Origin: Chiloscyllium plagiosum
Taxonomy: Eukaryota
Direction: 5' to 3'
NCBI RefSeq assembly: GCF_004010195.1
Contig: NC_057752.1
Location: 888,123-952,122, forward strand
DNA: 64,000 nt
Below the pieces are notes generated by a model that saw only the letters and a program-made list of their open reading frames with translations, was not told the origin of the DNA and did not search any database. The position numbers and the translations under genes were made by a program. Shown here piece by piece: positions 54,647 through 64,000 of this stretch. Every line of letters begins with the position of its first letter. Within the stretch, counting starts at the first letter, position 1.

Positions 54647-57600
54647 CAGAACGTTGCAGTGTAGAGGGATCTGGGTGTGGTTGTACATGAACTACAAAAA
54701 ACGTTAGCAGGCAGATACAGTAATAATTAGGAAGGCAAATGAACATCGGCCTTTATTCTAATGGGATTGGCATATAAAATGTGGGAAGCTCTGGTATAAC
54801 TGTACAGGATAGTTGGTTGATGTGGTTTCACCAATATGTATTAGTTTGGTCCCCTTACTTAAAAGGATACACAAGTTTGCATTGGAGGCAGGCCAGGGAA
54901 TGTTCACTGGACTTACTCCTAGGATGAAGGGGATATGTTAGGAGAAAAGATTGAGCAGATTGGGCCATAGCCATTGGAGTTTAGAAGAATGCCAAGTGAT
55001 ATTATAGAAACACAAGATGCTAAGGGGTCTTGACAAACTGGATGCCGGGGAGGCGACTGAGTCTATAACCTGAGGGCACAGTTTCCAAATAATGGGTCAC
55101 CCATTTAAGACAGTGGTGAGGAGAAAAGTCTTATGAATTCAAAGTTTTTGGAATTCTCTACCCCAGAGAATATTGATGACACTCTAGGTTGAGTTAGATA
55201 ATTTTTGATCCACAATGAGTCAAGGATTCTGGGGGAAAAGGCAGGACAGTATAGATAATTCACAATCAATCACAGCAGCCATGATCTTAGTGAAGGACAG
55301 AGTAGGCTGAAGGGACTGAATGGCCTATTCCTAATTCTTACATTCCCATGTTCTCATGTTGCAGCAACATGCAAGCTACCCCACCTGTCTTGTCTCCTAT
55401 CTGGCAGCACACTGCTGTAGCCTGGAAACACCCTGAAAGTTATGAACAGAAAGCAAATACCAAAGGAGTAGCAACAAAGCGATATGCTCAGTCATTTCAT
55501 TCCCTGTACAAGGGTATCACAAAGCGATTTCTGTGCTGTTTGTGATATCAGGATGCACCAAGATCTGTGCACAATGTAAGTTTTGAGAAATGGGGGAAGT
55601 TTCTTCGTTGTTTTACAGAAGCTACAAAAGAACATTGAATTCTTCCATGCTTTCTGTAGCATCAAGGTGGCAACATGATGGCCCAGGCTAGAACCCTGCA
55701 CCCACTGAACTCTGCCACTTCCACTTGTCTCATTGAAAAACGTAGGCTTTAACAGGAGGTCAACCTTAACAGCAGGCCAATCTCATTTGCTGCATTAGGA
55801 TCTAAAATGAGTTGTTTAAAAAGGGAGGTTTCTGCATTGCGTTCAGTTTTCAGGTGAATCACAGCACACCTTATAGCAATGCTGTTCCTTCAAGTTAAAC
55901 ATAATCTGTCCACTCCCTTTATTGGCAGTTATCTGTGAATGATCTCATCAAATTATGTACTGCCTCGTTCACACGACAGGCCTCAGTGCAAAAAGCAGAG
56001 ACACATTTAAGGAGAAGGTTGTGTATTGCAAAATGAAGTTGTGAGAGTCAATTGTTGCTGCTGTCAGCAGAGCCCCAGACATATAATAGAGTATAGCCCT
56101 GATTCTAGGAGCCTTGCAAGATTTTGCTTTTTTTTGTTGCCACTCATGTATCTAACATGTATAAAAACTCATCCCATGTTTAAACATCTCCAAAAGAAAC
56201 TTGTGGCTCAATCTTCAACAGCAGAATAGAGACCTACCTCGTCCAGGTATTAGACAGCCGGAGCAGGCCAGAGTTATTTTTGTTTCAAGATCCTTTCAAC
56301 ACCCACATAGTCTTGAATTCATACTGACCTGGAGAGTCCTCATTATCACTCCGTAATGGAACAGTCACAAGTTAATCATTATACAGTTGACAAAGGTCAG
56401 TTTGAGCTCTCATGTGGCAGGCAGTACAAATATATGAAGACATGTTCTTACACAAGGCCTTCAGGTAATGCTGTCAGAGAACACAATGTTTGTGAAGGAA
56501 GCACCTTGACAGGGCAGCTCCTGTCTCACCCATGTTCCAGTCATTCATCATCCAGTACCATACACCGGGCTGAATCACTGCAAAGTGACACATCAATGTA
56601 GAACAGAACCCATTGTCTCTCTCATGCCTCAGTTCTGGAAGTTTCACACAGGAGGAAGCACTTTTGTTGTTTATGTCGAGATTCTGAAGCAGAGGAAGCA
56701 GCTTTGACTCATTTTATATTGCACAAGCTTAGTCTACATTTCGCTGTCAATGTAGAGACCCCGTTAGCCCCCTGTCAGCTTAGTCCGGAAGGGCAGCATC
56801 CAGGCGGAGTTCAGCACCTCTTAGAACTGATTTTTTTAAAAAATCAACTGCATGATCCAACCAAAATGGAGATGCCAGCTTCAGTTGTCACCACAATCAA
56901 TGTATATGTTAGGCTAGATAGAAGGAAGAGCCCATGAAACCTCCAGGTGAGTTTGCTTCAAAATGTAATATTACTTACAGGTAGAAGTGCCATTGTATTT
57001 AACAGAAATACCCAGAGCAGATACTCCAGGTCTATTCCTTACAATGTCATCCAACATAGCAATCATGAAAACCTCCAACAGCAGAGGTGATGGCAGATAT
57101 TAGATCTTTCTGCTTTTTCAGAAAGCATGGGTCAGGGAGCCTCTCCTCTAACCCAAAATAAATCAGAGGCTCACAAGATTAATCCTGGATACAATCCAAG
57201 CTCCACATGCACTCTCAGTTTTCAGCACCTTTATTACAGTCCTATGTAGCACTGACATTAAATCTTTTCAGAATTAACCTCAAAATTCAGGGCTGCCCTG
57301 AGCCTTGAAGCATTCTACAATCTTGAGAAAATCCCAGCTTCTCTCACAACAGCTGATCATCATATTCCCAGATTCCTCTGATGCCAACATTTTATGCATT
57401 ATTTGAATGATCCAGTTCTAGAGTGGCAATGTTAATGTATATGATCTCCAGAAAATGTCAAATCAGCAGTCAATTGGATATTTCCGTAGGCTCAGTCACA
57501 CCATATATAGTCACGCTTTTATCAAGCAACCCACAAACCACCACCAAATTCGATCAATCACTCTCCCTGTAACAGCTGGCTGACTGTCACTCCCCAGCAT

Positions 57601-57783
57601 GAGTGGATTCAGTGAGTTAGTTCTCAACATGCTCAGTTAATCTTGGTCCTGACCCCACTGCAGTCCATCATCCTCACCCCAACCCTAACATTCTTACTGA
57701 TTCCACCACTCCCAATGTTATTCCTTACATTCAGTCCCTCCCGGACATCCTCATCCTTGAACCCCACCATGTTTAGTCACTCA

Positions 57784-57954
<171 letters not shown>

Positions 57955-58779
57955 TTATACGACTTTACAGAATTTCCCTGCTGGATTTGTCCAAGCACTC
58001 TGCATGATTTCTCCAATAACATGGGCCTGTATGGGCTTGAGCCAACTGTGCCCTTGTCCAGCTGGCAGGGGGTGAGTGAGTGTCAGTTCATTCAACTTCC
58101 AATTATTTCCTACCCCTGAAGGGAATGCCTCTTCCTCCAAATCAGCTGCCTTGATCTTTCCTTCCTATAAAATTGACAGCTTTTAAAATCTAACCTTGGT
58201 GTCATGGAAGCACTGCTACTCCGACTGATCCCATCTCTCTCTCGAACACAATAGTCTTGCTGGTGCCCTGCACCATGGGCTTGTGGCCCTTCACCCGGTT
58301 ACCTCAATATTAAGTACTTTCAACAGTTGCCCCTGAAATGTTAGAACCCAATAATAAATATGTATGAACTAAATGACAGCTGCCTTACAAAGTGACCCCT
58401 CTGTTTTACAATTTCCGAATCTTTCTCACAATGTTCATTTGATGAAGATCATTTTTTTTTTAAATGGAGTTGGATTAGACAAAATGGCCACCAATAGGAA
58501 CACAGGGCATGAAATCAATGGGATATGTTTCTATAATGTTCTACCACTCTTGACAAAAAAAAACTTAGCCCAGTATTACCCTACAAGTTGATGTATCATC
58601 TCAAAAGTTCACTAACTACCCAGAATCAAAACATGAAACAATGTGAAATCAACCAGAGCATAAAATACATGATAGCACTTTGTGGTTTGCAGAAAAAAAA
58701 AATCAAGTGGATTGAAGCTGCACTTTTAAAGTCCAGAAACTTATATGAAGGCCCAAGTGCAGGAACAGCTGCCAGCAAA

Positions 58780-59200
58780 GAAAGCAAGGAGCTTGCACTT
58801 ATATTGCGCCATATAATGTCTCTTTCGCTGTAAAGTCCTTTGGGCCGAAGTACTGCAGTCACTGTTGTAATGAGAAACCAAGCGGCCAATTCGCGCACAG
58901 CAAGCTCTCACAAACAGCAATGTGACGAATGCCCAGATCACCCGCTCTTCGGCCAAGTTAGTTGTGGCAGAAAGTTAGCCCATGACACCAAGAGATTTCT
59001 CTGCTCATCTTTCCAAGGTGCCCTCTGATAGTACCTTAACTAAACAAGCAAACTGGATCTTGATTTAAGATCCAATTAAAATAAGGTCGCTTCCAACAGT
59101 ACAGCATTCCCTCATTACTGCACTGAACTGTTATCCTTGGTTTTGTGCTTAATTGAGGCTTCAACCCACAATGTTTAACTCAAAAGCCAGTACGATCAAT
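58780..59200 (-). mobile_element. Ancient Deu-domain SINE (SacSINE1/AmnSINE1-like); related copy at about 47160-47500
   Basis: acagtacagcattccctcattactgcactgaactgt and gccaattcgcgcacagcaagctctcacaaacagcaatg resemble the Deu-SINE consensus as I recall it. Confidence 0.55.
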
Positions 59201-59951
59201 GAGCAACAGTGGGGGCATCCTTTCACAACAACGAATTCGCTGTCTTATTGAATTGCAACTAATAGGTTATGCTTTTCTTATCTGTGACAACATTCACAAT
59301 GTGATTACTGCAAGTTCAAAACATACTAAAAAGGTTAATATTATGATTGCTGTCAACTAGAGCTTCTCCCATTACACGCACTTAATATTCATATCAAACA
59401 CTCCCAGAACAGTACAGCACCTGGTTAGATACAGGGCAAAGTTCCCTCTACATTGTCCCCCATCAAACACTCCCAGGAGAGGGACAGCACGGGGTTAGAT
59501 ACAGAGCAAAGCTCCCTTTACTCGGTGCTCATGACATGTTTCACTTCTCACCTCAAAGGCTTTTCCCTCTTGAACCATTAAAATATTTATTTCCGTTTCA
59601 TACACCTTGGCTTTTCAGAGGCAGAATGCTAATTCCTGCTGAATTACGCATGTCTTGCATTGGATTTAGTTCACAAAGAACAGGATCAAGACTGACCAAA
59701 CCCTTTCATATAGGACCCCTGCATACAGCAAAGCCATCCATTTTAGTTTTTCTTGATCCCAGGATCAGAGGTCACAGCTATCATTTAGTTCCTTGCTAGA
59801 AGTCATTTCTAATGAATTGGTCTGGAACAAACCAAACTGGGGCAAGTCCTTAGTCAGAAACACAGAAGAGCACAGTTACATTTTCATGCTGGTCTTGTTG
59901 CTGCTTTGGTAGTTCCCCTAATAGTAAGTCATGATCAGTGCTCGCACTTTA

Positions 59952-60122
<171 letters not shown>

Positions 60123-60129
60123 CTATAGC

Positions 60130-61250
60130 ACTTTCGAGATGTAATCAAAATAAGATCAACCCTGAACCAAAGGAGAAAACATCATGACCACCAAAAGCTT
60201 AGTCAAGAGGTAGTTCTTCAGGAGGCTCTTTGAGGAGAAAAGAGCAGCAGAGGGGTTCAGGGAGGGAATTCCTGAGATTACAGACTTCACCTGTGGCTGA
60301 ACCATTCAAATCAGGGATCTAAAACAGGTCAGAATCAGAGCAGCACTGATAATTCAAAGGGTTATGGTGCTGAAAGAGATTAGAAAACTGGAGACAACAA
60401 GGTCAGAGTAATTTTAAAATGAAGTCACAACAAAGACTGGGAGATGGATGAACAGCACATAGTTTGAGCTCAGATATGGGCAAGTAAGTTTTGAATGAGT
60501 TGAAATTTATGGACAGCGGATGATGCAAGGTCTGCCAGGAGAACACTGGAATAAGTGCGTCTGAAGGTAATAAAGGCATAAGTAAGGGTTTTCACACAGC
60601 TTAGCTGAACATGGGCAGAGATGGATGATATTATAAAGATGGAAGTGAGTGGTCTTTGCGAGTGAAAGAGAATACAAGTCAGAAGCTCATTACAAGCTCA
60701 GTGTTGCTGAGATTGTGAACAAGCTGGTTCCACCTCAGACACTGGGCCAGGAGTACGCTATAAACCAGGGCAAGGATACACAGCCTTTGGCAGGGGCCAA
60801 AGCTGACGGTTTCAATCTTCCCACTGTTTAGCTGGAAACAACTGCAGCTCATCTCATAATGGATGAGTCCAGCAGCTTGACAACAGATTCAGTGTTGCGG
60901 TATGGGGGAAGATGATTCTTGAGGTAATGGCAAGGTTGATCTGGGTCACTGTCAGAACAAATGTGGAACCTGACCTCATGTTTGTGATGGAAAGTGGAGA
61001 AAGCTTAGATCCACAGACAATTCTGAGAGCAACAGGGTGGAAACAAGAACAGAATCCATTGTCAAATCAATCTTCTGGCCACGAATGGACAAGCCTGACT
61101 GGAGCCAAAGGCAATCCCAATGAGCTGGACAACAGAGGAGGATGGTATTGGTAACGGAGTCTTACAAAGGGGTAAAGGAGAGACAAGGCATCACATCCAA
61201 AATGGATGTCATTGGTGACTTCAATACAGGCCATCTTGATGCTGTAGCAG
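60130..61250 (-). mobile_element. Decayed L2-like LINE fragment
   Basis: Purine-rich degenerate sequence typical of L2 3' regions; no intact ORF. Confidence 0.4.
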
Positions 61251-61548
61251 GAGTCCGTACGTCTGTGACAGAAGGCACACAAACATACAAATTAAGAGCA
61301 GGAGTAGGCCACTCAGCCCTCAAGCCTGTTATATCATTCAATAAAATCATGTTCAATTTCATTACTCAATATTCCCATCTACCTCCAATAATATTTCATC
61401 TGCTTATCTACCTCTAGTCATGGTGAAGGGATGCATAGGTGGTTTCATCTATCGATAAAGCAAAGGTTTATTGGATAAGTGGCTCTTGCCTTCATGTTCT
61501 CATGTACATAATGCATTGTAAGTAGATCTACCGAAACTTAATACATAC

Positions 61549-61668
61549 CTTCGGATACTGCCTGTGGCAGACCTCAGCAAGATGCATCCCAGTTACCACT
61601 CCTAGGCGTGCAGCCAGTCGCTGGAGCAACAACCCTATAATGGTAGCTGTCAGCAGGATCCAAAGCAG
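61549..61668 (-). CDS. SLC11A2: DMT1 exon: [40 protein letters not shown]
   Basis: 120 nt, cag/gtatg boundaries, phase 0-0, close to mammalian DMT1. Confidence 0.96.
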
Positions 61669-62094
61669 CTGCAGAAAGACAAACCAAGTTGCACACAGTT
61701 CATAATCCCGGTCTCACAGTTTGGAAAATTTTAAGGTTATGTCACACAAACACATTCCTGGGTTCCAGTACTAAGTTTGCATCCTAAATATCACCGGCAC
61801 ACTCTGCAAGCAAAGCACATGGCTTTCTTTCAAGGCTAAAAACCAACAGCACGGAGGTCAGAAGAGGCAATTTGGCACTTCCTCTGGTCTTCAATACAGA
61901 ATCAACTGAAAGTGAGGTTCCAGATGAAGGACCTTTGCACGAAACGTCAATTCTCCTGCTCCTCGGATGCTGCTTGACCGGCTGAGCTTTTCCAGCACCA
62001 CACTCTCGACTTTAATACAGAGTGCTAATCAGACCATTTTTGCATAGAGTTTCAAATAAGCATAGTATTTTTTCCAAAAAAATCTTGGATGTAC

Positions 62095-62217
62095 CTTAAA
62101 TCCTGCCACAGCACCAGATTGAAGGTCAGATTCAATGTTTCCTGGATCCAGATATGCAATACTCATCAGAAAGCCAGGCCCAGTGAAGGCCCAGAGCTTC
62201 CGAAAGCTAAATCGAGT
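62095..62217 (-). CDS. SLC11A2: DMT1/NRAMP2 exon: [41 protein letters not shown]
   Basis: 123-nt AG/GT-bounded exon containing the NRAMP TM1 DPGN metal-binding motif. Confidence 0.96.
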
Positions 62218-62836
62218 CTGACAGGAAAAAGAAAGCCCAGTTACTTAGACACACGACAGCGGAATTTCTCATAGTCTATTCTTATGTCATTTCAATTCAA
62301 AAAGAGAGGATGCAGGATGGGATGTTTAAAATTAAATGACAAAATAAAACTGTGTTTGGCTAACATTCTTCTCCACAGTTGAGGGAGGAGAACGCAAGGA
62401 GAATTCCTTGCCCTTCTTTAAGCAGAAGCTGAATAGGAGAATAAGTCTCTTGTTTCAATGTATGGCAGCACCACCAACAGTGCAGCATAGTAATATGCTG
62501 GAATGCCAATCTAGATGATGTATACAAGTCCAGCAGGGACTTAAATGCACAATCTTGTAAATTAAAAGGTAAGGGTTCTTCCATTAGGCCAAAGCAACAG
62601 CTGTATTAGTACCATATCATCAGATCACACTGAGTAAATAAAGGCGATCGATAGTATTTGTTTGGTCAGCTGGGAAGAATCACAGGACAATGTTCAAGAA
62701 TCTCCAAAGAAATTTGCACCTTCCTGTAAAACATCTGGCATTGATGTGGGGGAGCTGGTCTTGGACTGGGGTGGACAAAGTTAAAAAAAAAATCACAGCA
62801 CCAGGTTATGGTCCAACAAGTTTATTTGGAAGCACT

Positions 62837-63645
62837 AGCTCAAGAATTGAGTCTGGGCCTTTCCTGGCTTATGTACTTGTGTGGTATACTGACCGTACCC
62901 AGTAAGCTGTTGGAGAAGACGCCACTTTCAAGAATGAAGTACGTATAAAGGATATGAGCACAAAAGAGATCATTGTGAGGATGTAAATTAAACCCTCGTG
63001 TCGGATAAAAGTCCAAAAATATTCGAGCTCCAAAAGCTTCCAAAAAAACCTGTTGGACTGTTACTGGGTGCTGTGTTATTTTTAACACCTGGCACTGAAC
63101 CAGCTCGAACAATAGTGTACCAGAACCGCTTCCTATTCTACCTTTTGGGGAATTGGCTTTCAGGGTGAAAAGCCAAAAAAGATTACCAACACCCTGGAAT
63201 GCTGCGGACCTGCTGGACTCATGGATTGGATGATCAAATTCACTGCAGAGGGCTGACCCCATTTCAAACTTCAGTCACTAGGCATCGCACATTAAACAGA
63301 CTATGACCTCAAGGAAAACAGAAGCAGCATCAGGTCTCGGTTACAAGAATCACAGTAACTGGTTTCATCAAATATTTCACCTGATAGAAAGCACCGTTAA
63401 ACGAAGAACAACAAGAAGCCAGTCAAGAGATCAAGTTACAGAAACAGGGCTTAGCGCAAACATTTTTGGACTTTTACCTGACACGAGGGTTTAATTTACA
63501 TCCTCACAATGATCTCTTTTGTGCTCATATCCTTTATACGTACTTCATTCTTGAAAGTGGCGTCTTCTCCAACAACTTACTGGGTACGGTCAGTATACCA
63601 CGCAACTACATTAGCCAGGAAAGGCCCTGATTCAATCCGTAAGCT
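62837..63645. repeat. 193-bp inverted repeat (62837-63029 / 63453-63645) with a 423-bp spacer
   Basis: Arms align without gaps; 62908-63002 is identical to the reverse complement of the other arm. Confidence 0.92.
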
Positions 63646-64000
63646 GATCACAGCCAGGATGGACAAGGTAGATTTGATGTTGATGGCTTTCTTCCGTGGG
63701 TCAAGAGATCATGGCAGAGCACTGGTGTTGTACTTCATGTGACCAGGCCTCACTCATTCAGTTAAAGAGAACATAGGGTGGGATTGGGTTATTTGACTAC
63801 AGGACCAACCAAGGTTCAATCTCAAGTTAACAAGTGATGAATATCACTTTGGTGAAATGGCAGAGGACGACCAATGATGATATGCTCACCTCAGCAAGAG
63901 CTAACACCATCACAGCAGGAACATGATTTGGAGATGCTGGTGTTGGACTGAGGTGTACAAAGTTAAAAATCACAACACCAGGTTATAGGTTTATTTGGAA

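Larger units (their letters stand above)
48850..55350 (+). mobile_element. Old, near full-length CR1 LINE with several nested insertions
   Basis: ORF1 SGNH-like remnants (AVVRDNIV near 49147, PVVAHAGNND near 49313), degenerate endonuclease and RT, 3' tail near 55300-55350. Confidence 0.65.

Overview
Eukaryotic, repeat-rich DNA, most likely from a shark or other elasmobranch (HE1-type SINEs, abundant CR1 LINEs, Penelope-like relics). The main gene is SLC11A2 (DMT1/NRAMP2) on the minus strand. I traced 13 GT-AG coding exons from 62217 to 23906 (498 codons plus stop); the 5' exons lie beyond the window end. A probable alternative terminal exon (non-IRE/exon-17 equivalent) sits at 20084-19890. 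The last coding exon of HIGD1C lies at 1348-1400 on the plus strand, convergent with SLC11A2 as in human. Between the two genes is a phase-consistent candidate 3-exon, 60-aa gene that I cannot assign. The most striking non-coding signal is a dense set of short, often palindromic, Penelope-derived elements carrying minimal hammerhead-ribozyme cores and 11-16 bp target-site duplications. Other points: a 193-bp inverted duplication with an identical core, no canonical 3' IRE in SLC11A2 but an IRE-like hairpin over its alternative splice donor, and two related solo LTRs. Assembly gaps lie at 26053-26244 and 34465-34855. All calls come from reading the sequence by eye; no searches were run.
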